Positions 46,092 through 58,696 of a stretch of DNA of 64,000 bases are shown here, one piece after another. The stretch is from Flectonema sp. DT1601 (taxonomy: Eukaryota): positions 186,001 through 250,000 of the forward strand of contig OZ025792.1 of the NCBI GenBank assembly GCA_964019425.1, read 5' to 3'. How positions within the stretch are numbered: position 1 is the first letter of the stretch; every line of letters starts with the position of its first letter. The notes under the pieces were generated by a model. The model was given only the letters and a program-made list of their open reading frames with translations. It had not been told where the DNA came from and made no database searches. Both the position numbers and the translations under genes were made by a program.

Positions 46092-47868
46092 TTAGCCATA
46101 ATACATTACTCTAATAACTTGAATTACAGGGACTGAAATATCACCACCTGCAACATCACGTAACGACGCATCATAAACACACTTATCAAGAGAATTAACA
46201 AATAAGGGATCTTCACAAGAGGTACTTCCAATCATAGGCACAGTGTTTATTGATAACACATTAACACCGTTGGTCTCAATCCAATTTTGAGCTTCTGTAA
46301 GTATATCTTGAAGAACACCAGAGTCAGCATAGAAGTCTTTATAACTCAATGAACCAGTGGTAGTCTTAATATGAAGTGGGGTATGTACCGGTGTCAGTAA
46401 CTGTGGAACAGGTGACGGAACGCTCAGTCTATCTGGTGACAAACTTCCTTGAGGCTGCTTTTATTATATTTTTAACAAGTCCGATGAAAATCATCATTCA
46501 GTAAAAGAAAAGGTTACATACAGCATCAAATGATTTTCCATTCGGTTGAATCATTGTTGTCGGGTCAACATCGAACGTACGTTGACTCTTCGCATGACCA
46601 GCTAATATCTGCATGTTCTGCATCTTAATAACAAAAACTTTTCCATTTGTTTTATCGTTGCAGTAAACAGCAGCTCCTTCAGGGCTCTCAGGGGAACCAT
46701 CAGCGAATGTTGCACAGACTACACCTTTGTGCTTAAACCTTTAGGTTGAGTAATAGGTGAATTGATATAGTTCATTGATAAAGAAATAATAATAAACATA
46801 AAGACATACTTCATGAGGATTCCACATTCCGCAGAACACTCTTTTCCATTCCACATTGTCACCAGATTGTCGTTGGCAGATGCAATGAGAAACTCTCCGA
46901 ACATACTTAAGCATCTGATTGGTGTTGTGTGGGGATCCTCGCATTGGAATTTACACGGAACTACACCGCTCTTAACATCTAACATTTCTAAGTGTTCTTC
47001 GGCCACATCGTAAATGTGAACAGATCCCGCATCACCACCTGTGTTTTAGTTTTAGGAAAGTGGTTTAAACAAAAAAAAAAAAAAAAAAGATTTTCAACAT
47101 ACCCAAAAAAACACGTAAATTACTGGCACCTTTGTAACCAGCAATTGCTTTGACGTGTTTATCAGGGAGGTTATTGAATTCAATTTGATTATCAGCCATG
47201 GTGGCGTGATTCTCATTTCTGATTATAGTAATGATGGATGCTTGATCAGCAGTACACACGACGGCGACGTGACTGTCAGGGAAGAATTTAGACACCACTC
47301 CCTTCGGTACCTTCTTAGGCTTATTCATCGGATACTCACATCTCTGAATGCTTCCATCCCAGGCAGCTAGAGTACCATCAGATGCTGCACTGTATATAAA
47401 CGGAGCTGAGTTTGAGTCAGTTTCTAAGTCTACGATACTTGCAGCGTGACAACGACCTTTATTCTCTTCAGATAGAAGGACAGGCTTTTCTGAAGCATCG
47501 TCATCCTGTGAACCCAAATAGGTTATCTTCATTATAGTTCCATTATCAAGTCCTATAAAGAGCTTTTCTACACCACTTCGTTGGACGAATCTTCTGTTTT
47601 TTTATATTTTACGTTTAAAATAACTGAATGAAGTTACTTTATTTTTAATATGAAAGTAAACATACAGTGCACTGACTGGGTGTGGTGTCTCATGAGCCTC
47701 TACGTGTTTCCAAGTTGATTTTGAATAAATGTGAAGTTTCTTACCACCAATTATAACAAAGTTATCGGTCGCACAGAGAACATTACAACTGTGAGTTTGC
47801 TTGAAGGACTCAACTCCGGCAAAGGCATCCTTTCCCTTGTCTTTGTCTTTTCCTATTCCCATAACCAT
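46092..47868 (-). CDS. WD40-like beta-propeller protein; 5 exons (47868-47666, 47593-47103, 47038-46810, 46738-46522, 46454-46092)
   Basis: SAASDGTLAAWD, GGDAGSVHIYD and ASANDNLVTMWN blades; four phase-consistent GT-AG introns. Confidence 0.75.
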
Positions 47869-48811
47869 ATAATATAAAGATGCCTGTGAAGAACTGGCTT
47901 GAAGCTTTAATAATCGTAATCGTAATCGTAATCGTAATCGTTTTTTTTTTTTTTTTTCTTTCTTTTCCTTTTGTATACCCATAAAGTTTACCCAAAAAAA
48001 TAAACGCTTATTTATCTGATCAACGTCGTAAAAATAAAATAAAATATAAATTAAATATAAATAAATAATAATTATTTATTTTATTTACTTATCGAAGTCA
48101 GGGGAAGCCAAAAAATGCAACCATGAGACTCTCACATGCGAGACGTGGAGCGATCAGAAGAACATGACTACCCAAACCCGCGGCACGAAATAAAGGTCCG
48201 AGACAAAGAGAGAGGAAACAAAAATAACTCCATCAGTAAAACAGGTAAGCAGTCAACTGAAGGAGTCAATGTAAATGGAATACGTGGTTGAGTAAGCATG
48301 ATAGGGGTTGGAAGGGAAAAAGAGAAAGAAAAAAAAATATATATACAACGAAAAAATTCGAAAATTGCTAATCTCGTCGTTCGGACATTACCCGCCTACA
48401 AACGTAATAATACCAATATGACTGTGAACGGAGTACGAGAGAGAGTTGATGCTACAAGAAATGGTACGGTTTATACCGTCTCAAAAAATACAATACTATT
48501 TCAAAGAGACGTTAGTACATTCTTTTCAAGTCCTCTATATTTGCTTGATTAATACTCGATTCTTCGGATAGGACTCTTCGAGATTTAAAGAAAGAACAAA
48601 ATAAATGAAAATTAGATCTTCGTACCTGCTGTAGTCAGCTGTTGTTGACAAGCGGGTTTAAAGGAAAACAAATATCGAAAAAGGAGCGTTATGATTTAGT
48701 GAGAGGGAGAGTAAGTGGATCGTGTTTTCTTTTTTTTTCAAGCTAATCGTCCTTCTCGTGGAAACAGAGATGGATAAATATGAGAGCGGTTTGGCATTAC
48801 CAATTATTTGA

Positions 48812-51328
48812 TTATTCCTCTGCAGGTGGTTCTTCCTCCGCTGGTTTCTCTTCGGCGTTCTCTTCTGTTGGTGCTTCAGCGGCGTCTTCAGTTGGGGGGG
48901 TTCCCTCTGCTGGGCTGTCGCCTTCTTCGGCTGGTTTTTCTTCGTCAGCCTTTTCACCACCTTCTTCTTCCTTTGGTGTTTCTCCTTCTGCTGTTTCCTC
49001 TTGTTTTACTTCTTCTGGCTTCGTCTCTTCAGCTTTCTGAATCCAAACAACTCCAAACTTTCCTTGAATGTCACATATCTTTGTATCTGATTCGGCTTCA
49101 CTGTTTTATTAGTTTTTGTGAGAAATCGTTACGGACATCCTGAGATCAAAACAAAACACGACAAGTAAACCATACGATGTAATAGCAGTCCTGTCAGCTT
49201 TACAGATAATAAATTCTGACGGTAACTTATACTCTTGATTAGACTCTGTTTGATTGCTTATTTTGTTGGTGTTCTGTGAAAGAAGATAATAACAATAATA
49301 AAACGTACCTTTATGAGCATCTGGAATAGCAACTTCACCTTCAGAAATAGCAGTGCGGATGTCAGCTGCGGTTGCCTCAGGTTCAAGGCGTACTATCTGT
49401 ACACGAATCGGGCATCCCACAATACAGATTGCAGCAGCGATCTTCCCGTCTTCTTGGGCAGCATTGAGAGCGCTGTTATGATCAGCTAATCCTGCTAGTG
49501 AGGTGTCTTGAACAACAGTTGCTGCTTCCCATTCTTCTTCAGTGTGTTCAGCTTCTAGCCACTGCGACTTTGTTAGTTGTGATTCTTCAAAAAGACGCTT
49601 CTCTTCAATTTTTAAAACTTCACCTTCGTTAGCAGTTCCACAAGCAGAGCAGAAGTCCTGCTGTTCATTGGAGATAGCTTTCGCAGACCCTGCGATGTCA
49701 TCCGTCATTTTAACAACAGCAGCATCGTAGTCAGCTGTGAAATCTTTTCTTTCAATTGCTTTGATGATGAATAAAGATAATTCTGAAAGGTATTTGCGAC
49801 TTTCTTCTTCAGAAGTTTCGATAACACTTCTGGAAGTACACTTTAGTTCGATCGTAGAGTCACCCCAAGTGATGGACGATATTATTTTCTTTACTGTTTT
49901 GTCTTCACCTTCAATTGACTCATCCATCTTTGGTTCACAATATTCACTATCAAGTTGAGTAACTTCAATTACTTCTTCTTCTTGAATAATCCAATCTTTA
50001 ACAGTAGTTGTAAAGGCAAAGTCACCATAAGACTGTTCACCACTTCTTTGTAAGATTATTCCTTCAGTACCTTCTGTGCTCCAGTCTTCAGTAATATTTA
50101 AAGAACTATTTTGGTATGAGATTTCTTCCTTTACATCTTCTCCTTCTTTCCATACAACAGAGTTTCCTACTGCTGCTGGTAACTGTTTTATGGCTGCTTC
50201 CGCTACATCTTTATCGATTGTTTCTTCCTCTTTTCCTTTCTGTTCTTCAGTACAGAGTTGTTGAATGTCATTACCGAGTTGCTTTTGATAAGCCCATCTT
50301 GTTGATGTTTCTTTTAGAGTGTAGACAGTTGGAAATTGGTCTGAATCTGGTTTCAGTGACTCGAGTAGAGAGTGTGAGAATCCTGACTTTTCTTTGACTG
50401 TGAACCCAGGGATACCTTCCCAACGACCGGTTGCTGAGGAAATGAAATTATTACCGTCCTTCACGATGTCTGAAAATCTTCCTTCAAACTGTTGTTTCAG
50501 TGCTGGCAGGTCACTGAATTCAACTTTTCCTTGTGAACTGTCAGAAGTACTTCTTTTAATGTCGAGTTCTAGCTTATTTAGAACTGCAACACCGCTGACT
50601 AATTCTCTGCGAGCATCTTTGAAAGCCTTCAGTTGTGATTGTTTATGCTTTCTTGCTAGATCAAGTTGCTCTTGTCTTTGGGTGTTCACGGCTCCAATAG
50701 TTTCAGTGGTTGCAGTGGCGATGGTTTCCTTCTTTGTTTTGACAGTTTCTCGTGTGGCGGTGACGCAGTTGTCAATATTTTTAATCGACCCTTTGATCTT
50801 CTCGACACTTGTCTTCGCTGATTCTTCCCATTTCTTAAACTCGTCAGGTACAGTTGATAAGAATGTTGCTGCTGTGTGATCTTTTGTTTTACCTCTGTGA
50901 GTCTTTATATTACAAGACGTACATAGCCTGTTACACTTCTCATCACACTGGACACAAACGATAACTGACTCGTTCTGACGGCATCGTTCGCAGTACTCGA
51001 ATGGTCGCTTTTCTTGACCTTTCAAAACAGAAATAACGCTGTTGGTCTTGTAATCTGCTACTAAGTTTCCTGCTACTGGCTTCCCTTCTTCGAAGTGTAA
51101 GATTGAATTCATGTCAATCTTAAAGTCACATTCAAAACATTCAAAAGTTTTTTTGTCTCCGAGACAGTCGCTGGTGTCTTTTATCATTCCTTCTGCACAC
51201 CCTCTGCAGAACTGATGTGCGCATGGTGTTCGTACCGGATCATTCATCACATCTAAACACTTGTGGCAGGTAATCAGGTCAGCTACGTATCGGCTCTCGT
51301 CAGCTGGTGCCAGAGCGACTTCAGTCAT
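48812..51328 (-). CDS. RING + B-box + coiled-coil (TRIM/RBCC-like) protein with acidic tail; 3 exons (51328-49309, 49245-49176, 49100-48812)
   Basis: CHKC..PVRTPCAHQFCRGC..CFEC RING; CERC..CVQC..LCTSC..H..H B-box; heptad region. The spliced last exon encodes a Glu/Pro-rich tail. Confidence 0.8.
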
Positions 51329-51715
51329 TTTGTGTTCTTGTGTCGTAGAAGTATTGGTCTGTAAACTTACTAAAGGTAATATTTATAATCCCACAACCAC
51401 ACACTCTAAACTACACAAGAGCAGGTACACAACATGTATTTCACAAGATAGTACCTGAGAGATGAAATAATGTTTTCCCTCTCAGACTATCGTAGTCAAC
51501 ACAGTCGGGTATTTCCCGCAACAGTTAACTTGATTGTCATCTATTGATGATCTGCTCAACAATCTGGTGGGGTTCTTGACGGGTTTATAACCTCGTAGAC
51601 TACATAAAGATACAGGTGAACAGACTGCGCTCATGATCACCTACCGAAGCATTGTAAGAAAACTCTTTTTCAACTCAACTCACGAAATTGTTTCTGCGCA
51701 TCTTCATTGGTAGCT

Positions 51716-53389
51716 CTATACGTCGTACCAACCCGGCCCGAAGTAGGTATCACGTGGCTTTCCTTTATAATTCTCAGGGTGAGGTGCGATACTTAGTTGA
51801 GGAGGTTGCGTGTTTTCAGGCCAGGTGCGAATTCCATCGGGAAAGATTACCCTCTGTGTGTGTGTTTTGAACGTTGCTACATTTCTGAAGAAAGGCTAAC
51901 CAATTGCACCTAATACATACCCTCCGACGATAGTCGTGCGCTAACTCAACGTAGTCATAGTAACCGAATTTACGAATTCGGGCCTCTCTTCGGCTGTTTG
52001 GATTTATCATAAATATTAATAAGTTATTAAACAATAGCATATTGTATTCATGTGTTGTGTAAAGAGAATAACTTCATACGTGTCATACTCTGCCCACTCT
52101 TTGTCTTTTTGAATTCGAGTCTCAGGACTTTCCACATGAACATTAGTTGTCCAGTCTGTGTTATATTTAAAAACTTCTATAAAAGCATCGAGCTCTGCGT
52201 CATTGACTGCGGGAGGTTCGGAACGAGTCATCTGGTAGTTTGCTTCGTACACTCCAGCTTCGTCAACTGCTGCATCGTGTACGGCCGCATCTTCGTAGCC
52301 ATGGTGACTTGTAGATGCTTTAGAGTACTCGACTCTTGTTTGGTATGCAAATGCCCGAATCCTTTCTCGTAAGTCAGGAGTCATGTTTTCAAAGTCTTCG
52401 GGGCTTTGAAGTTCCGGAAAAACATTTCCGGTGTCATAACGTCTTTCAACATCTTGATTTGTTACAACGTATTCTGGTTTCAGAACGTCTAATCGTTCCC
52501 AACCGTATGATCTTTCTGCGGCGTATATTGATTCCCAGTCATTACGTGGAGCACAAGGTGAGTCTGGAGTCCAGTAATCCCACGCTCTGATCCAACCCTT
52601 AGCTGCAAGCATGTCTTCTTGAAAACGACCTGCATGCTCGGTTACCTGCAGTGCTGTCTTTCTTTCAAGCATCTTCCAATCACGTCTGTCAGGGTGAGCT
52701 ATGTCTACTATAATTTTACCACAAGGCATAATAATACGCCATTCAATTGGGTCTTTGTATTCGTCTACTTCAAGTCCTGATTTTGCCCATTCTGAAGGTA
52801 TTAAACCCTTCTTTCCTTTATCAGCTACACTATGAGCTATCGTAGCCAAATGACGAGCAGTCTTACCAGAGCAGTAGATAATCATATCTACCTTTCGTTG
52901 ACGTGGTCCTGGAGGTGCCCAAACGTATTCGACCAAATCCGGGAAGTACGTGTACTTCTGAGAGCAATCAACTACTACTATGTCTGTAGCTTTAGCCTCT
53001 TCCAATGCATCTACTATAATTTGAACAAATAAATTGGTGTTCGGATCCGGCAAATTCGCATCTAGTATGAAAGACTTCCTACCAAACTCATCAGAAGGAG
53101 AAGCTTGACCTTTTTGAATTACTTTTTCCCAGGCATTTGGGAGATTCTCAACAGGATAGTCGTCGGGATCATATTCGTGAGGTTTTAATTTAATGTGGAC
53201 TTCGTCATTTGTTCGATCTTCTCTGATCTGTAGTGGTTCCACTGATGAAAGCCCAGTTGTTTTTACTTTCTTGATTTTAGTCTCCTCTGAATTGATTGTA
53301 TCCCACTTCGGGTGTTTAAGAAAGAACGACAACTTATTAGGTATAGCATATCTCTTCTGGACCGCTGTGACGCGACCAAAAACCCCCAT
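51716..53389 (-). CDS. MALSU1: Mitochondrial ribosome silencing/assembly factor RsfS/Iojap (MALSU1-like) with long extensions; 3 exons (53389-52080, 51993-51921, 51853-51716)
   Basis: ALEEAKATDIVVVD..MIIYCSGKTARHLATIA..EW....CGKIIVDI..DRRDWKMLERK matches the RsfS pattern. Presequence-like N-terminus. Both donors are GTATG. Confidence 0.75.
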
Positions 53390-53667
53390 TTTTTGGTTCT
53401 TGTGATCTGAAATGGAAAAACTAATTTGTTAAATACGATTAAAAATACAAAAATAGAAATGATCGTAGATAAAACAAGAAAAGAAAAAAAAATGAAATAA
53501 ACTAATATGGCAAGATTATAACTATATAAAAGCAAAGAATAATAAATTGAAAACACTAGGGGTGGGGGTGTCTTGACACTGTAAGGGATAGAGTTTTATA
53601 TATTCTCTTCTGTTGTTGTTTTTTTATATTTTATTATTCATTCTTTTTTTTTCTTTTCTAAAATAAC

Positions 53668-54230
53668 TTAAGGACAATTATCGAACCTGTCCACTACACC
53701 ATGCCGCATCGATACAAAACATGGAGCCTTTTTCACGCTTGTGGCGTCGTTAAGAACGTTAGGGAAGCAGTGCATCCATACCCAATCAAGATTGGTATGT
53801 ATTTCCTCTATGTCAGTGAGAGTGTAGGCTTCTTCTATGTGCGCAACGACTGCTTCTCGTGTTGCTGTGTTTAAGGTCAAGGTGTCGTTGATGTAGTTGA
53901 TGTAGTTGAGGTATTGCCTGCCATAATGGGAGTTCATGTAATTTCATTATCAGCTTCATAAGTTCCGGTTGGCGTTCTGTCGAGAAGAACTTGTGGAGGT
54001 TTTCAACCATCTCTCCTTCTTCAAGAGTTGCTGTTGGGTTGCACAATTGGGTACTACGAGACTGTTGAATAGGTGAAAACGGCTCGCTACAGAAATTGCA
54101 ATTCGTGAGACCCTGAGAGGGAATCTTGATCAGATGGTGGTGACCCGTTCGGAGGCGCAATTAAAAGGTGCACTTCATCAGACCGCTTCAGGTGTGATGG
54201 AAGCGTCGAATTCTACCCTCCGAGGGTTGA
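53668..54230 (-). pseudogene. Possible decayed reverse-transcriptase fragment
   Basis: Two overlapping frames: IPSQGLTN (like xPQGLxNS) followed by YINDTL (like YIDD) and EEIHTNLDWV...LN. Weak resemblance only. Confidence 0.25.
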
Positions 54231-54306
54231 CCAAATACTCTGAAATAAAACAAAGGGAACAACGCACACACTAAAAACAACACTTATGTAATTTATGTGA
54301 TTTATG

Positions 54307-56154
54307 TCATTTCAAATTCCTTAAGCTCGTATGCAGTTCGCCTCTGTTAATGGATGAACAACCTTCTAGGAAATTACTTCCAACGGATTCCACATTCATG
54401 AGGGTTAAATCCAAGGAAGTTAGTGATGAACAATTTCTTAGAAAATTGTTTCCAACAACTGAAACATTACTGAGACTTGATAAGTCAAGAGATGTGAGGG
54501 ATGAACAAAAACACAGAAAATAGTCTCCTACAGCTGAAACACTGCTGAGGCCTGATAAGTCAACAGATTTGAGGGATGAACAAGAACACAGAAAATAGTC
54601 TCCAACAACTGAAACATTGCTGAGACTTGATAAGTCAAGAGATGTGAGGGATGAACAATAATATAGAAACTTGTCTCCAACAGCTGAAACATTGCTGAGA
54701 CATGATAAGTCAAGGGATTTGAGGGATGAACCAGAACACAGAAAATAGTCTCTAACAGCTGAAAACTTGCTGAGACATGATAAGTCAACAAAGGTGAGGG
54801 ATGAACAATAATATAGAAACTTGACTCCAACAGCTGAAACATTGCTGAGACTTGATAAATCAAGAGATGTGAGGGATGAACAAGAACACAGAAAATAGTC
54901 TCCAACAGCCATGACACTGCTGAGACTTGATAAGTCAAGAGATGTGAGGGATGAACAAGAACACAGAAAATAGTCTCCAACAGCCGTGACACTGCTGAGA
55001 CTTGATAAGTCAAAAGATGTGAGGGATGAACAATCACTTAGAAAATACTCTCCCACGGCTGAAATATTGCTGAGACTCGGTAAGTCAACAAAGGTGAGGG
55101 ATGAACAATTACGCAGAAAAGACTCTCCAACAGCTGAAATATTGCTGAGACTTGACAAGTCAAGAGATATGAGGGATGAACAATTACGCAGAAAATTGTC
55201 TCCAACAGCTGAAACACTGCTGAGACTTGATAAGTCAAAAGATGTGAGGGATGAACAATCATTTAGAAAATAGTCTCCAACAGCTGAAACACTGCTGAGA
55301 CTTGGTAAGTCAAAAGATGTGAGGGATGAACAATCACTTAGAAAATACTCTCCCACGGCTGAAATATTGCTGAGACTTGATAAGTCAACAAAGGCGAGGG
55401 ATGAACAATTACGCAGAAAAGACTCTCCTACAGCTGAAATATTGCTGAGACTTGATAAGTCAACAAAGGTGAGGGATGAACAATTACGCAGAAAAGACTC
55501 TCCTACAGCTGAAATATTGCTGAGACCTGATAAGTCAAGAGATGTGAGGGATGAACAATCACTTAGAAAATAGTCTCCAACAACTGAAACATTGCTGAGA
55601 CTTGATAAGTCTACAAATGACAGTGAATAGCAAGCTTGGAAGAAATTATTACCAACAGACGTGACGTATTGAAGACCAGGCAGACTGACCTTTATAACCT
55701 GACGAGACGAGTATAAGAAATCATCCAAAACGGTCGTGACTGAGGGTTCAGGGTTGCTGAATGAGATGTTCGTAACATCATCCTCGAACCACTCACTGTT
55801 AAACTGAAGACAGCCATCCGCAGCGAATGTGGGAGTATCAAGGCACAAAAACCCGTCCTGATCCCGTTCTCCTCGTAGGAATGCCTTCGCTCTCTTTGCA
55901 TCATCTGTGAACCATTCCAATCCAAACAAGCGCACCACCGATGCATCCAACAGCGAGCCGTCCTCCACTCCGTACGACACCAGTCGACTACCTGCTCGAA
56001 GCCGCGATCCTGCGAGAGAAAGCTCAAGAAAGTCAGTATCGGTACCCCACTCATTAGCTGCAACCTGCAATGCATCCTTCACGAGCGACTCTCCAGAAGC
56101 TGTGAAAATAACGTCAGGAAATCCTGTGTCTGGGAACGTAACCGAGAGTTGCAT
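54307..56154 (-). CDS. Ubiquitin-like N-domain + BspA-like leucine-rich repeat protein (about 18 repeats of 25 aa)
   Basis: Start MQLSVTF. UBL-like segment LELSLAGSRL..LVSYGVEDGSLL. Repeat CSSLTSLDLSSLSNVSAVGDYFLxx with 75-bp DNA periodicity. Confidence 0.88.
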   Translation of the reverse strand: MQLSVTFPDTGFPDVIFTASGESLVKDALQVAANEWGTDTDFLELSLAGSRLRAGSRLVSYGVEDGSLLDASVVRLFGLEWFTDDAKRAKAFLRGERDQDGFLCLDTPTFAADGCLQFNSEWFEDDVTNISFSNPEPSVTTVLDDFLYSSRQVIKVSLPGLQYVTSVGNNFFQACYSLSFVDLSSLSNVSVVGDYFLSDCSSLTSLDLSGLSNISAVGESFLRNCSSLTFVDLSSLSNISAVGESFLRNCSSLAFVDLSSLSNISAVGEYFLSDCSSLTSFDLPSLSSVSAVGDYFLNDCSSLTSFDLSSLSSVSAVGDNFLRNCSSLISLDLSSLSNISAVGESFLRNCSSLTFVDLPSLSNISAVGEYFLSDCSSLTSFDLSSLSSVTAVGDYFLCSCSSLTSLDLSSLSSVMAVGDYFLCSCSSLTSLDLSSLSNVSAVGVKFLYYCSSLTFVDLSCLSKFSAVRDYFLCSGSSLKSLDLSCLSNVSAVGDKFLYYCSSLTSLDLSSLSNVSVVGDYFLCSCSSLKSVDLSGLSSVSAVGDYFLCFCSSLTSLDLSSLSNVSVVGNNFLRNCSSLTSLDLTLMNVESVGSNFLEGCSSINRGELHTSLRNLK

Positions 56155-56511
56155 TTTAACTCGCCCGAGTAACCTACAAAATGTGATGATGAATGGCTTG
56201 GAGTATGATGAGATTATAACGAACGTGCAAAACATGTTTCTTCAAACAGACTTCCCATTTTTTTGGTGCACAACGTAGTCCCAACCTATTGAAAATAACG
56301 CCACTATGGGCTTCTGATAATGTCATCTTCGCTGTTAAGTAAAATTGATAATTAGGCTTCGCTCTAAAAGAGGAAACAGATAAATCAAAAACAAACAGTG
56401 GCTAACTGTAGCCCTGAAAGCAAACGAACGAACAACATCAATCTGATGCAATGTTTAACTGTATCACATATCACTTTTGATTATTAACGTTCAAATACGA
56501 CCAATCATTTC

Positions 56512-57127
56512 TTACGAAGAGCTGATCTTCCCAACCCACTCGATAAACTTTCCAAATTCTTGTGGATGTAGTTCGTGACCCATGTTGCTGTATTGATGAT
56601 ATTCAACTTCGTTTCCAAGTTTCTTGATAACTTCTCGTGACTCTACAGCCCATTCCAGACGGACTACCTGATCATCAAGTCCGTGGCATTGAAGAATAGG
56701 AAGATCCTTATCTGTTTCCTTCTTCTGAGGGATAGCTGATGGTTTCGGAAGGTATGATGACAAAGCAGCTACAGCAGTAACCAGCTCTCTGTTGCGAAGT
56801 CCTGTGTACAAAGACAATGCACCTCCTTGTGAAAACCCACAAAGGAGAATCTTATCAACGGATTCTCTTTCTTTTTTAATTAATTCAATTATGTGATCGC
56901 TGCTCTCATCAATTCCAACACACTCTTCATTAGCTCTTGAGTTTAATCCGACTATGTCGTACCAAGCATTCATTTTATATCCTGCGTTTAAAGTCACGGG
57001 CATGATAGGAGCAGTTGGTAGGACTACTTTCACACCAGGAAGTCTTCCATCTAATAATTCGCTCCAACCAGCGCCAGTGTCTCCCAAGCCGTGCATAAAT
57101 ATCATAGTCGCGTTATGCTGACCTCCT
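56512..57127 (-). CDS. Acyl-protein thioesterase / lysophospholipase-carboxylesterase; 5' end uncertain
   Basis: HGLGD, PTAP..PVTLNAG..MNAWYD, nucleophile GFSQGG, HGLDD, MGHE. Confidence 0.92.
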
Positions 57128-57879
57128 CTGTGGTTTTTTTGTGTGAGCTTTTATTAAGGGCCTTCTTAGTTGCCTACATTAAAAAGGTTTTTTCGCCGTT
57201 GCTTGTCACCCAACTTTTTATTTCTGTTGCCTGCTCCCCCCAAAAAAGATTTTCTTGTCTTGTGGGGTTGTGGGGACAATAACAACAAAACAGCAAACGT
57301 TGAGTTAGTGGCTACGCATGCTTGTGTTAGGGGCAGACTGGCTTAGCATTCCTAACAACTAGTAGTTCTGCACAAGTCAGCTGCAAAGAAGTCTGCAGAG
57401 AATTTTACAAGCTTCTATACAAAATGTCTGGTACAGAACACTTACGACGATATGTTACCACTATGGCAAGAAATGATACTCTGCTACCACAAAGCAGAAG
57501 ATTCTGAAGCATAGACATGAACAGCCTTAACTGTTGTTTATTATAGCATAGACGAGAAGTGCGTTGGGAATGCTTAAATACATTCGAGAAGTGACACTAA
57601 AAAAGGAATTGCAGCGGATTCAGAAGTAATTCGGAGTATTTAGGCAGGCTGCTGTTGCTGCGGCAGTGTTTACTGTTGAACTAGTGACACACGAAATAGA
57701 CAGATGTTCAAGGAAAATATGAGAAAAAAGAAACGGAACAAAAAAAAAAAAAAAAAAAAAAAAAACCGACACATACGGAGGGGATAATACTATGTCTTTT
57801 ACATTTGATACGTAGCTACGGCTCTGAACTTCTGTTTTTATTATTTTTTTTATTTGTTATGAATACCATGCCACGTCAT

Positions 57880-58208
57880 TGACTGTTCTCATAGAAAACA
57901 ACACAAGACATGCCTTTATCACTACACTCTTGTGAACAAACAGTGACTGTTCTCATAGAAAACAACACAAGACATGCCTTTATCACTACACTCTTGTGAA
58001 CAAACAGTGACTGTTCTCATAGAAAACAACACAAGACATGCCTTTATCACTACACTCTTGTGAACAAACAGTGACTGTTCTCATAGAAAACAACACAAGA
58101 CATGCCTTTATCACTACACTCTTGTGAACAAACAGTGACTGTTCTCATAGAAAACAACACAAGACATGCCTTTATCACTACACTCTTGTGAACAAACAGT
58201 GACTGTTC
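57880..58208. repeat. Perfect tandem repeat, 64-bp unit, five copies plus 9 bp
   Basis: tgactgttctcatagaaaacaacacaagacatgcctttatcactacactcttgtgaacaaacag repeated with no differences that I could see. Confidence 0.97.
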
Positions 58209-58696
58209 CCAATGTTAAAAATACGCTGCACGAAAGTACTGTGTTTTACGTGAAGTGTTTTTAAAACTTTTTAAAAAACAGGCATGGTAACAAGAACATT
58301 AGAAAACATACTTTTAGTACCTGACATAGCATTACGCAACATTTTTATTATTTTTGATAAGTGTTTTTTCTATATAAAAAAAAACATAAAAAAATGAAAA
58401 TAACGAAAATTGAAACACAGAACCTTTTTTATCTTTTTTTTTTTTTTTTTTTAAGATAAAAATCACTCAGCCATAAGTGTTGGTATTCATCTGATTCTTA
58501 ATTTTTAGAAAAAAGAAGAAAAAAAAAAAAGGCTTTTAAAAATACGGCACTACTTAACTACCTTCGAAAGGTAATCTTCCAATACGCACCATAACTTTCC
58601 GCATATCGTTATCGGACGTACTCGCCCCAAGGCGACACTACTACCAAGGATTTGATTAGAGTAGTCTCTTTATTTTTATTTTTCAGGTTTGATGAG

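Noticed and set aside
47912..47941. (aatcgt)x5 repeat
   Set aside because: Ordinary microsatellite upstream of a start codon.
54528..55573. Repetitive alternate-frame and antisense ORFs
   Set aside because: Shadows of the 75-bp LRR repeat.
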